A stretch of DNA of 64,000 nucleotides from Octopus sinensis (Eukaryota): the NCBI RefSeq assembly GCF_006345805.1, contig NC_042998.1, forward strand, positions 189,844,001-189,908,000. The letters run 5' to 3'. Position numbers and translations under genes: made by a program. Each line of letters begins with the position of its first letter. Position 1 is the first letter of the stretch. The notes under the pieces were generated by a model that was not told the origin of the DNA, searched no databases, and saw only the letters and a list, made by a program, of their open reading frames with translations. Shown piece by piece: positions 40,162-52,639 of this stretch.

Positions 40162-40545
40162 TGGAAGCACTCCGTCGGTTACGACGACGAGGGTTCCGGT
40201 TGATCCGAATCAACGGAACAGCCTGCTCGTGAAATTAACGTGTAAGTGGCTGAGCACTCCACAGACACATGTACCCCTAACGTAGTTCTCGGGGATATTC
40301 AGCGTGACACAGAGAGTGACAAGGCCGGCCCTTTGAAATACAGGTACAACAGAAACAGGAAGTAAGAGTGTGAGAAAGTTGTGGTGAAAGAGTATAGCAG
40401 GGATCACCACCATCCCTTGCCGGAGCCTCGTGGAGCTTTTAGGTGTTTTCGCTCAATAAACACTCACAACGCCGGGTCTGGGAATCGAAACCGCGATCCT
40501 ATGACCGCGAGTCCGCTGCCCTAACCACTGGGCCATTGAGCCTCC
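40162..40545 (-). mobile_element. tRNA-derived SINE, family S2
   Basis: Reverse complement is about 95 percent identical by eye to 28008-28390. Confidence 0.92.
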
Positions 40546-41961
40546 AGACCGTCTGACTGAATATTCAAGCGTCTTTTCTTCTCAGTTTAAGAACTGTAAT
40601 GTAATGTTGGATAAAACGAAGTCAATATTAAATTGGTTAACAGACTTTGTAGTTGTTTTTAACTTAATATGAATGAATGAAACCCTTTCTCCTAATTGAA
40701 CACACGCCGATGCCGCCCACTTATAGACGCACAAAAATACACACAAGCATACACACTGTCACACTTTACGGATGAAAACACGTATTACATACGTTTACGA
40801 ACACATGCACGCATATACATACACACACACACACCTATGCACACACATACATAGTGTACATGCAGCTTATGCTGACGGTCACTTTCCTTATCAGCTGTCA
40901 TCCAGAGATCACAATGATATCGGCACCTTCAAGCGTATCGCCCACTCCATCCAGCAGTGCTAGAAAGCGAAGATACTACCAGTAGACGATCGGGTATTTT
41001 AGGATAAGAACAAAGCTTCTAAAGCTACATTCTCTGTCTATCTTATATTTCTCCACCTCTCTGTGGTCCTTAGAGACACAACTTTAGAACGTCCATCTAA
41101 ACTGCTCACTGCAAATTTCTCATTTTGTCGTTAGTTAAACTACTGGCATTTCTTTGTTCCCATTGCTTCCAGCTTTGTCCTTCATTTTTATATATATTTT
41201 ACACACATACGCATGCGCTCACATACATACATTCACGCGCACTCATTCACGCGCAAATATTTGAACACATTCATATACCTATGTTTATACTCTGACATAG
41301 AAATATATCTATCTATCTCTGTATGCATTTCTGCTTGTATATAAATTAGACATAGACACACACATATACATACAATTAATACATTATATAATATATTCTA
41401 TACATACATATAAATGTATGTATGTTTATATATATATATATATATATATACATATATACATACATACATATATATAAATGTATGATTGTATATATATATA
41501 TATAAATACATATATATATACATACACTTATATATATATATATACGCACATACTATTATATAAATGTATATATATATGTATATATATATGTATATATACA
41601 AACACATAAACCTTTGATGTATATGTGTATTATATAATATATATGTGCATGTATGTATGTATATACACGCACACATACATATAATTTTGCAACTATAGTT
41701 TTATACAGACAATTCCCCCCGATATATATGTGTGTGTGTCTGTGTGTGTGTGTGCGTGTGTGCGTGCGTGTACTGAGATATAGTTATAAACACATTGAAG
41801 TTTCTATAACACTCAAAATAGAGTCTAATGTGCTTGTGTGTGTGTATGCATGTAAGAGTGTGCTCATTTAATATACACACATAAACACTTACATATGTAT
41901 ATATATGCACACATGTACACTTATATACATACATATACATACATTTATATATATATATATA

Positions 41962-42009
<48 letters not shown>

Positions 42010-43210
42010 TGATATAAATAATATATAGGCTTTTTTTTTAATATTGTAAGCTGGAATGTCTTTTTCAGGAATTATATATATGAACAATTGACAAACCTGC
42101 AGAAAATATGACTTGACACATAATGCATTGTCGTATTCCCCTTTGGCATCAAACATCCTTCTTCGCGATTGAAATCTTTCCCCGGATAAATGACAAGATA
42201 AGCTGACTCGATAAGCAATGTAACCGATATCTCTAATTTTACTTTTTGCAACGCTTTTCTCGAAGTGCATCGACGAAACAGCGAGCCCCTGTGAACTATA
42301 CATGCGGGCATCTAGATCTAAATATCCAAATATAATGATAAGTATAGATAGAAAATCCATGTAACTTACAAGCACAGTAAGAAAGAGAAAAACAATATTA
42401 ACAAAAGTAATAGCATTGATGCAATCATATTTGCACTTTCAGGATACACAAACAGAATATTATAAAAATGAATTCCTTCACTCAACATATATACTGTTCA
42501 CTTATTTCTTTACTGAAAATAGCCGAATGTGTTAAGGTTTGTTTGGAGTTTTTCTTTCTTTTCGAATAACAAATCTTGATTTGATCAAAGAAACATAATA
42601 AATTTCTACACTTATATAATGACATTAGAACTGTTTTATGGAACCAAACTATACTATTAATAGTTGATGTTGAATAAATACGCAGAAAAAGTTTTTGTGG
42701 AGTAATCTGAACTATATTTAGTTTAGAAGTTTGAAAAAAAAGTTAATAAATATAAATGTAAATAGTGATGTAAAAATCAACATTAAACCTCAAAATTGTT
42801 GCTTTGTAGAGTTGCGACAAGTGTTGAAGGTAAGTAGGTTATATGAGCTTGAAGAAAATAGCTAGATATAGATATAGCTAACTTTTAAGATATATTTATG
42901 TTTATCGCAATAGTTGAAAAAAGAAAATGAACAATGTTTGTTGGTATATATCATGGGAAATATAACCGTAAGTTTTTAGTTAGCTGATGATTTAGAAACA
43001 ATTGCAAGTGTATGATTTCGAAATAAAGACGAAGAATAAAGTCAACAAAAACAAATCGACTACAAATTTAGTTAAATAAACGATTATGTAACGACGCCCC
43101 TACTAAGTTTTAAGCCATAGATCTCAGATTTTCTCAACTCAGAACTACAACCTAATGTATCAACATAAAAGGGAACACCTAGCCATTAAAAGAGAGTCAT
43201 TAGCGCTTAC

Positions 43211-43316
43211 ATGAATATAGCACAACAAATTAGCACTCGTAGACTTCCTACGGTTGATACCCCAAATTTCAAAACACATGTGCGAGTTTTCTCGCCAAAC
43301 AGTTTCGCCGAAGGTT
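43211..43316 (-). CDS. Candidate 106-nt exon A (PSAKLFGEKTRTCVLKFGVSTVGSLRVLICCAIF)
   Basis: CTAAC branch-like site, acceptor catttcctag|, donor cat|gtaagc; phase 1 to 2 joins exon B, but a second frame is also open. Confidence 0.25.
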
Positions 43317-43714
43317 CTAGGAAATGTAGTTTATAGTTATGAAATGTTAGCGAAAATCAACCCTGGAACCAGAGTCACTCAGCCGTCTAAAGGAATCTGT
43401 AACTTTGCTCCGACAAAGCGCACCGATATCAGTTTGTTATGTCGAGTATGCACATTGATTATATGCAGTAATTTAAATACTATATATATATATTTTATCT
43501 TCAGTAACTATGGTCTGTCTGCTTTCGTAATATTATTAAGCTCGTTGAACATTAGAAGACTACTAACTATTATGTAAGTTGATCCGTGAGTGTTATTCCA
43601 TTAATTTATTTGTATGTATACACATAAATGCAAGCTATGCGATTAATGTTTGAAAACTCAATCTATAGTGGTATGGTAATTCTTATCTATAATTCTTACC
43701 ATCTATAGTGGTAT

Positions 43715-43947
43715 GGCGGCGAGTTGGCAGAATCGTTAGCATGCCGGGCGAAATGCTTAGCGGTATTTCGACTGTCGCTACGTTCTGAGTTCAAATTCCA
43801 CCGAGGTCGACTTTGCCTTTCATCCTTTCGGGGTCGATTAAATAAGTACCAGTTACGCACTGGGGTCGATATAATTGACTTAATCCGTTTGTCTGTCCTT
43901 ATTTGTCCCCTCTGTTTTTAGCCCCTTGTGAGTAGTAAAGAAATAGG
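43715..43947 (+). mobile_element. tRNA-derived SINE, family S1 (long tail)
   Basis: Close match to 19851-20082; flanking duplication of gtatggtaattcttatc. Confidence 0.92.
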
Positions 43948-44648
43948 TATGGTAATTCTTATCCTCACACGCAACTACCAACGAAAAATTAAACCACGAA
44001 CTACACTAAAATTGGAAAGTATAATGCGCCAAAATATATACATATACTTTTATATATAAACTAAAAGGTAGTTATTCAGCGCCAGCGACAAAAGTCGAAC
44101 ATTTTTCTCTTTGTCTAGTCTGTAGATAGTGTCATAAATGACTAGAAGTGAAGTGGCAGATGCATACATATTCAGCAACATGCTTGTGGATTGTGAGTTC
44201 AAATCTGCTTCGAGTATTCAACAGTGTATTCTTGCTAAAACGCTTTATCGCACATCGCTGATTTAATCTGGTTGCCGAGAAGAGGTGCCAAATAACTTAG
44301 GTCTGATATATTTGAGACACAAGTGTGCTACTGTGATACACTGGCCGCTGTGTTACACTGTTATGTTGCTGCCAAGCATTGACTTTCTATTGCACACAGG
44401 GGTTCTACTTCTATAAAACCCAGACATGAGCACCGGCAAAGGAAAACTAGTAATATATTTGTGAGAACTCAGTTCAATCCACACCTTTACATAACCCCTG
44501 TGCTTGAGACACAGAAGTGTACTGATCACAACCAGCTGGTAACACACGGACAATCTATAACTTTTTAATTTATTATAGCAAACACTATTCAGTTTGTGCA
44601 GAAAGATAATAATTTAGATTTAATTTTTAATGATAGCTCGGAGGGAAA

Positions 44649-44748
44649 NNNNNNNNNNNNNNNNNNNNNNNNNNNNNNNNNNNNNNNNNNNNNNNNNNNN
44701 NNNNNNNNNNNNNNNNNNNNNNNNNNNNNNNNNNNNNNNNNNNNNNNN
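44649..44748. other. Assembly gap (100 N)
   Basis: Direct reading; a round-number length suggests a placeholder of unknown true size. Confidence 0.98.
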
Positions 44749-44813
44749 TCTTTAGTTATACATATCACACAAAACGCACACATACACAGAGTAAGAGTGA
44801 AAGATGTAGATGT

Positions 44814-44862
<49 letters not shown>

Positions 44863-45234
44863 TAGGTAGATAGATATACACGTATATACATATATATATA
44901 TACATACATACAAATATATGTATACGCGTATATATACATATAAAGTTAATCCAAACAAGAAAACAAAAAGACAACAACGCGAGGATGTGGAACAAATAAA
45001 GTATTATTGGGCGCTCAGGAAAGATGGGAAGAAGGAGGGTATGACCTTTCGAGTGGAGCTCTTCGTCGGAAACATAGGAGAAAGAAAGATCCCGAGGTGA
45101 GAGGACAGAGGGAAAAATATGCAAGTGGTCTTTACGAGGTCACATACTGAAAAGGCGGAAGTGGTAAACAAGAGGGAGCAGGTTTTCAAAGACAGGAGAT
45201 CGGAATCAAAGAAGGATTACATACATATATACAT

Positions 45235-45270
<36 letters not shown>

Positions 45271-45489
45271 GTATGTATGTGTATATATGTATATATATAT
45301 ATATATATATCAATAGATACATTGCTAGACAGATAGAAGTAAAGAGAGAACGAGAAAGAAGGAAAGAGGGATCGCAAAACGTAATTGAATAAATTAGTAT
45401 AAATATGATAATTTATCTCTTAAGTATAAAGGAATCTAAATTTACCACTGTAGTGATGTTATCGTATATGCACATATATACACGCACTT

Positions 45490-45654
45490 CTTTCTCTCCT
45501 TGTTTCTCTCCTTGTTTTTTTCTGTGTATCTTTCTGTCGAAGAGCGTAGGCTCGAAACATAAAATACTTTTTCTATTCCTGAGCGCTGTACTAACACATT
45601 TGTTTCTTTGTACTCCACATGCCTGCGTCTTTTGTCTATTTTCGTAACCTTCCC

Positions 45655-45655
<1 letters not shown>
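45490..45655 (+). mobile_element. Penelope-terminal-repeat-like unit with hammerhead-like motif (copy 2)
   Basis: gtatcttt-ctgtcgaa-gagc-gtag-gctc-gaaacata-aaatac. Confidence 0.6.
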
Positions 45656-45694
<39 letters not shown>

Positions 45695-46112
45695 GCGTTA
45701 ATTACATACATACACACACTAACACGCACATATACATATATACATTTATACATAAATACATATATGCATATTATATATATATGTGTATATATGTAATTCT
45801 CTCAGATTTTTGTCCCAGGACAGCAATAATCCTTCCTACTATAGGCACAAGGCCTGAAATTTGGTGGAAAGAGGCCAGTCGATTAGATCGACTTCAGTGT
45901 GCAACTGGAGGCTGGTGCAATTCGATTATATTGGCCTCAGTATTTGACCGGTAGATTTTTTTTTTTGTCGTTCTGGAAGGATGAAAAGGAAAGTTGAGCT
46001 TGGAATGAGTAGTATGCAGAAACTAAACTGCCGGGAGAAATGCTGATAACCATTTTCTTCAAAGACCTTACTACAGTGCCAGCTCTTTTCCTTGATGATG
46101 ATGATGATGATG

Positions 46113-46161
<49 letters not shown>

Positions 46162-46163
<2 letters not shown>

Positions 46164-46490
46164 TAACATGCCCAGCTGACAACAAGGTATGCGATAAGGA
46201 AGAAAGAAAAGTAGATAGGTATGACAGGTTAGCTTGGGAGGTAAAGCAGTTGCAGTCGAAGAAAGAGGTGGTAGTGGTACCGATAACTGTCAGAGCCCTG
46301 GGAACAGTGAGCAAAGATCTTGAGAAGTACATGTGACAAATTGGGGCTGCAATAAGTGTGGAGCACTTGCAGAAATCAGCACTGCTTGGAACTGCTCGAA
46401 TTCTCCGAAAGATGCTCGAAAAATAAGAGGTGTTCCCTTAGTTCACTTAGTTCATAATACACCTCCAGCGTTAGAAGCTGCGCAAAGGCA
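46162..46490 (+). mobile_element. RLE LINE 3' end (family alpha) with (AAT)n on both sides
   Basis: ITCPADNKVCDKEERKVDRYDRLAWEVKQL; tail matches 33140-33500. Confidence 0.9.
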
Positions 46491-46581
46491 ATAATAATAA
46501 TAATAATAATAATAAAATAATAATAATAATAATGATGATGATGATGATGATGATAATAATAATAACAATAATGATGATATG

Positions 46582-46637
<56 letters not shown>

Positions 46638-46850
46638 CCTTCTTACTTTTTAGCATAAGGCCTGAAATTTGGCGGAAAGAGGCCAGTCGATTAGATCGAC
46701 TTCAGTGTGCAACTGGTACATAATTTATCGAACCCGAATGGATGAAAGGCAAAGTCGATCTCGGTGGAATTTGAACTCCGAACGTAAAGATAGACGAAAT
46801 ACAGCTAAGTATTTCGCCCAGCTTGCTAATGATTCTGCCAGCTCGCCACC
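46638..46850 (-). mobile_element. S1 SINE (short tail) within (AAT)n
   Basis: Matches other S1 copies. Confidence 0.85.
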
Positions 46851-46866
46851 TTCAATGATAATGATG

Positions 46867-46898
<32 letters not shown>

Positions 46899-46899
<1 letters not shown>

Positions 46900-47453
46900 G
46901 TCCTGATGCTGTACTAGGCAGTGGCTGTCATGGCTTCTGATCTTAACTTATTGGAAGTGTTATCATATACATTGTTTTGTCTTGGTATAAAAGATGGGCT
47001 ACAGCAAATATTCTGCTCAATACTACAGATTTGCTTATCAATTGTTTGACCTTAACCAGTTGAGCATTTCCCTTTGTGGCTGACGATATGTGCATCTCTG
47101 ATCACGAGTAGAAGTAGTGGGGGAGCATCATAGCCATGTGTTGTGAGGGATTCTTTGGGGTTTGAATAGTTCACCTCTGGAAACATGGGTGGTTCTTTCA
47201 ACATCCTTAAACAACCCTTATTCAGGGACCGTTTGAGCGGGATGGGCTACTCAACCTGAAGAAAATTCTAACTGGGCCCCACCTGCAAGGTCATGTGCTG
47301 TTTATCTTGATATGAGATCACCATGTCGCGCACATATGGTTGTGATGCATGTGCCTGGTGTACCTTTATCAGACGGGAAGTCATGATGGGTATATTGGGC
47401 TTCGTATATTTTACCCCAGTGTCACTTTGATGGCATGAACTGCTCTCTCACTC
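46899..47453 (-). mobile_element. ~540-bp microsatellite-bounded element (copy 2, inverted relative to copies 1 and 3)
   Basis: Reverse complement of 34680-35192 and 50258-50787. Confidence 0.85.
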
Positions 47454-47526
47454 AATAATAATAATATAATAATAATAATAATAATAATATAATAATAATA
47501 ATAATAATAACAACAACAATAACATT

Positions 47527-48030
47527 AATAAAAGCTTTTGATAGTCTACCACATAGCTGGATTAAGAAATGTTTGAAAATGTATAAATTAGCACCTACTC
47601 TGCGAAACTTCTTGTCTCTAAGTATGAGATCATGCAGAACCACACTGACTTTGAACAGTGACAATGAATCTCTTAATGCTGGAGATGTAAAAATTTCATG
47701 TTGCATTTTCCAGGGTGATTCTCTATCACCACTCCTCTTTTGTCTAGCCTTAATACCTCTCTCGATATTGCTGAATGATGTACAGTAAGGTTATAAAATG
47801 TTTGGCAAAACCATAAATCATCTCATTTACATGGATGATTTAAATATCTTTGCAAAAAATGACCAACAACTACAGGGCTTACTAGCGGTTGTTAGACAAT
47901 TCAGCGAAGATATCATGATGCAATTTGGCCTCGATAAACGTGCAAAAACTGCCTTTTTCAAAGGAAAAATGACAGAAATATCCAAAGTTAATTTTGACCA
48001 GCAGAATGTCATTAAGGGGTTAGAACTGCT
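47527..48030 (+). pseudogene. Reverse transcriptase core fragment of an RLE (R4/Dong-like) LINE
   Basis: KAFDSLPH...IFQGDSLSPLLFCLAL...HLIYMDDL...QFGLDK, one in-frame stop. Confidence 0.9.
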
Positions 48031-48212
48031 TAACCTCCTAAGCTAACCTGTCATATCTATCGACTTTTCTTTCTTCCTTGTCGCATACCTTGTTGTCAGC
48101 TGGGCATGCTATATCTTTCTCAATTAAGACTATGTCTGGCTTCCTATTCTCTATCTCATGGTCGCACTGAATCATACAATCCCACAGGATCTTTGCATTA
48201 TGATTTTCGATG
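48030..48212 (-). mobile_element. RLE endonuclease fragment (family alpha), opposite strand
   Basis: KILWDCMIQCDHEIENRKPDIVLIEK. Confidence 0.85.
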
Positions 48213-48289
48213 ATGATGATTATGATGATGATTGTTATCATTATTGTTATTATTATTATTATTATCATTATTATTATTTTCTTGGATGA

Positions 48290-50110
48290 CAGGTTGGTGA
48301 TCTAAGATGTGAATGGTAACGAAGGTGGCGCCCTTAGACTGCTGGTCGTGTATACCCCAACAGGAGATGGTAGGCCAGAATTCTTCAGGCTTCTGGAAAT
48401 ATTCCTAGGAACGTCACACAGTTTAGTACTAGTAGAGGACTGGAAGGGGATTTTGGACGCACGGAAGGATTGTGTGGGGCCAGTACACAGAAGAAGGGAC
48501 TGCAAAAACCTGGAAAACCTGCTCAGAGACTTCAATTGTCTGATAGGTATCGACTGGATTTCTCTGATGTGCCAGTGTGGATATGGAGCAACCACAATGG
48601 GTCATCCAGATCGTATCTAGATGAGTATTTGTTAGGTCAGAGGATAGGGATAGTGTAGGTTGTCCACAATTTAAGTTGATCGGCTACACAGACCATAAGT
48701 TTGTGATCTGCACAGTCGAGTTAGATAGAACTCGTAGACAGGGACCCGGTTACTGGAAGTTAAACGCGTCCTTTCCGGCGCTCAAGTACTACAGGGACCA
48801 GATTAGTGAACTAGTTAAGAGGCAATTGACGGGGACAATCATCAACAAGCGATGGTGGGCCACCTTGAAGAGGGCGATTAGAGCAGAATCGATAGCGTTT
48901 AGCAAAGAGTTAGTAATAGAAAGGAATAGATTAGAGGGTGGGCGAGTTATCAAATTAGAAGAGGCAATTAAACAGGACATTGTGACTGATGAGTTAGCGG
49001 TGAGAATGACCCTTGACCATTTCTTCGAAGCGAAACATGAAGGTTGCATTGACAGAGCTAAGGCCCGTGCGCTCAAACAGGAAGGAACTAAAGCTGTCCG
49101 ATGGGCCCAAACGGTGGAGACGCGACGTAGAAACAAACCACGATCAACTCTTTGACGGATCGGGATGGGCGAGTGCTACGCGACTCCAACAAGATGTGTG
49201 CGGTTTTTCAGCTGCAATTCGCGCAGCTGTTTGAAGAGAGCGATGGGTCGCCGACGGTACTGGACTTCAGTTCGCACCTAAACGGCTTGCCGCGGCCTTC
49301 GGCAACTAACGCGAGGTTATGTGAAAGGCCGATAACAGCTGCTGAAATTTAGGAGGCGATGAGCGATTGCACAAATCGCACATCGCCCGGTTTGGATAGT
49401 CTGCCCTATGAATTCTATGTATTCACGCCAGATTTGCTTGGTGACTACTTGGCAGACGTCTATCGCAATTGGCAACAGAACGGGAGAATTCCTAGTGCTG
49501 TTAGCAGAGGTGTGGTGACCCTGCTGAGGAAGGATGCCGACAATGGGGGCGAACTATAGAATTTTCGGCCCATAACTCTGCTAAACACAGAGTTTACGAT
49601 TTTGGCAGAGGTAACGAAATGTCTGGCGTTTGTCGTCGGTAGCCTGGTCAGAGAAGCGCAAACGTGCGCAATTCCGAACAGGTCTATCCACGGTAACCAC
49701 TACCTTATGCGGTACATCATAGAGAGGTCTGGGACCAAAGCTGGCTTCGGAGGTGCTCTGATCAATTTGAATCAATCAAAAGCTTTCGATAGGGTCGGCC
49801 ATCGCTATTTTGAAGCCGTACCGAAAGCAGGTGGTTTCAGACCCGCCTGCTTTCGAGAGGCTAGATCGCTGCAATACCCAGCGGTACCTGTTCAGAGGTA
49901 ATCAGCCGCTTATCAGGGCCGTTTGACATCGCACGCTCGGTCCGTCAGGGATACCGCTGTCGCCTCTTCTGTACGTGTAGGTACTTGGGCCAATGCTGCG
50001 GAAGTTAGAACATCTAAGGGGCATCTCTTTCGAACAGGGACAAGGGAGGTCAATATCAGCATACGCAGACAATGTTACCGTCATGGCATGCAATCGACTC
50101 ATTCCCGTCA
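48290..50110 (+). mobile_element. L1/Tx1-like LINE ORF2 fragment (APE endonuclease plus RT), frameshifted
   Basis: TDHK, GPGYWKLNAS, SPGLD.LPYEFY, FRPITLLN, KAFDRV.H, SAYADNVT in order. Confidence 0.88.
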
Positions 50111-50147
50111 TGCCTTGTGTCAAAATTTTAAAATATTGTTACTACTA

Positions 50148-50189
<42 letters not shown>

Positions 50190-50202
50190 GTACTGCTGCT
50201 GA

Positions 50203-50234
<32 letters not shown>

Positions 50235-50257
50235 ACAATACTACTAACACTACTACT

Positions 50258-50787
50258 GAGTGAGTGACAGAACAGAGCATGTTATCAAAGTGACACGGGT
50301 GAAAAATATACGAAGCCCAATATATCCATCAGGATTACCCAACTGATAAGGGTACTCCAGGCACATGCATCTCAACAATATGTGCGCGGCATGGTGATCT
50401 CATATCAAGATAAACTGCGCATGACCTTGCAGCTGGGCCCCAGTTAGAATTTTCTTTGGGTCGAGTAGCTCATCCTGCTAAAAAAAGGTTCCTCAAAAGG
50501 TTTGTTAACAATGATGAACACATATTTCTAGAGGTCAGTTATTCAAGCTCCAAAGAATCCTTCCCAACAGAGGACGATAATGTTCCACCACTACTCTTGG
50601 TTTTGATCAGAAATTCACTTCTCGTCAGCCCCTAAGGGACATGCTCAACTGATTAAGGTCAAGTAACTGACAAGCGAATGTGTGTTATTGTCCAGAATAT
50701 TTGCTGTAGCCCATCTTCTACAAAAAAAAGTACATGATAACACTTCCGATAACACATGAGAGCTATTGCTTGGTACTGCATCAAGGC
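50258..50787 (+). mobile_element. ~540-bp microsatellite-bounded element (copy 3)
   Basis: Matches copies 1 and 2; flanked by (ACT)n and (ATT)n. Confidence 0.85.
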
Positions 50788-50798
50788 ATTATTATTAC

Positions 50799-50881
<83 letters not shown>

Positions 50882-50929
50882 TATTATTATTATTATCATC
50901 ATCCTTATTGTTGTTGTTGTTTTTATAGT

Positions 50930-51125
50930 AGGGTTGCGAGCTGGCAAAATTGTTGGCGGAATTTCGCCCGTCTCTACGGTCTGAGTTCAAATTCCGCCGG
51001 GGTTGACTTTGCCTTTCATCCTTTCGGGTCAATAGATTAAGTACCAGTGAAATACTGGTGTCGATGCAATCGACTCATCCCATACCCAAAATGGCTGCTC
51101 TTGTGGCGAAATTTGAAACCATTTT
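50930..51125 (+). mobile_element. S1 SINE (short tail)
   Basis: gcgagctggcaaaattgttggc...gagttcaaattccgcc. Confidence 0.8.
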
Positions 51126-51234
51126 ATTGCTGTTGTTGTTGTTGTTATCATTTTCATTATCATCTTTCAATTCTGTTTCCGCATTTTATTTCATCTTATA
51201 ACCGGGTCTCGACCAGAGACATAATGTAGTAAAC

Positions 51235-51500
51235 ATAGATGTAGTAAACTTTCCTGAGAATGCGAGTTGTTGATGTCAACACAATTTTTTTAGTTTCATA
51301 GAATGTTGGTTTCCCAAGCATCTGGTCAAAAACATGTGATAATACCTTTCTTGATCATTCTCAAGGAACCTACAACAATAGAGATGGTTTTGCTTTTTAA
51401 TTACCACGTCCTAGATATCTCAGTCTCAAGTTCCTTGTATTTCGAATGTTTTTAAAATTGTTCTGCTGAGATGTTTCTATCAGTAGATTTGCTGTAGGTT
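51235..51500 (-). mobile_element. RLE LINE C-terminal relic (resembles 54900-55100)
   Basis: KYKELETEISRTW.LKSKTISIVVGSL. Confidence 0.7.
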
Positions 51501-51551
51501 ATAGAACCTTGCTTCGGTTGAGAGCAAATAATATAAATTTTGTTCTATTAT

Positions 51552-51742
51552 AAAAAATCTTGAGAAGTACATGGAACAAACAGGGGCTGCAATAAGGTTG
51601 GAGCACTTGCAAAAAACAGCACTGCTTGGAACCACTCGAATACTCCGGAAGGTGCTCGAAAAATAAGAGGTGTTACCTTAGTTCACTGGTAGTGAACAGC
51701 TGACACCGTAGTACATCTCCAGCGTTAGAAGGTGTGCAAAGG
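51552..51742 (+). mobile_element. RLE LINE 3' end, family alpha
   Basis: Tail nearly the same as 46320-46490 and the reverse complement of 33140-33340. Confidence 0.85.
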
Positions 51743-51846
51743 TAATAATGATGATGATGATGTTGATGATGATGATGATAAGAAGAAGAAGAACAACAAC
51801 AACAACAAAAAGAAGAAGAAAAAGAAGATGAAGAAGAAGAAGAAGA

Positions 51847-51932
<86 letters not shown>

Positions 51933-51933
51933 A

Positions 51934-52278
51934 AAGCTAGAAAAAGACGAAATTGCAAAAATGTGTCCTATGAAGAGAGTGTCTGTCATGCCAGTAGCTG
52001 TATGGGTACTTGGACCACTAACAACTGAGTTTGAGAAATATGCCAGAGAAATCGGATTTGACATGAGAGCAGAGCAAGCCCAAAAACTGCTCTGCTGGGA
52101 ACATCTAGGATTTTGAGATTGGTACTTGGATGTAGAATGTGTTGCGTGATAATTAAACATCCAATTAGCAAAGCTTATAATGCGTGAAAAGAGACCCTGT
52201 GAGACATCCGACAACAGGCTGCTGTCCGCTCTCACAGAATCAACCAGAGCAAGTAAGACCAAGTGCTCTGAGAAGTAA

Positions 52279-52280
<2 letters not shown>
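51934..52280 (+). mobile_element. RLE LINE 3' end, family beta
   Basis: Shared with 55880-56160; ends gagaagtaaa then (AAT)n. Confidence 0.8.
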
Positions 52281-52344
<64 letters not shown>

Positions 52345-52573
52345 TGTTGTTGGCATCCTTTCTGTCTCAGGAGACAATGGAGTTGCGCATGAAGTAGTCT
52401 AGTCCGGCTTTTATATTTCATGTCCTGATACATTTCCTGCTGTGGCTGTGTAGTCCTATCCTGGACAAACACTCCCTCTGGCAGGTACCGCAAATGTAGC
52501 GAAGACTGTTCCTGGCTGGTTGTAGTGTCATAGTCTCTTGTTTACGTCTCTTCCTTTCTTTCCATTTCTCCTC
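52345..52573 (-). mobile_element. RTE LINE extreme 3' end between two (AAT)n runs
   Basis: YICGTCQRECLSRIGLHSHSRKC, the typical RTE C-terminal Cys/His motif. Confidence 0.8.
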
Positions 52574-52626
<53 letters not shown>

Positions 52627-52639
52627 TAATAATAATAAT

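Noticed and set aside
40870-40962. GC-richer island reading LLDGVGDTLEGADIIVISG after a good minus-strand acceptor
   Set aside because: It ends in a stop with no credible donor; unassigned.
42072-42375. Two overlapping stop-free minus-strand frames ending at cag|gtttgt
   Set aside because: No recognisable motif, weak donor, and no way to choose a frame; an alternative to exon A that I cannot support.
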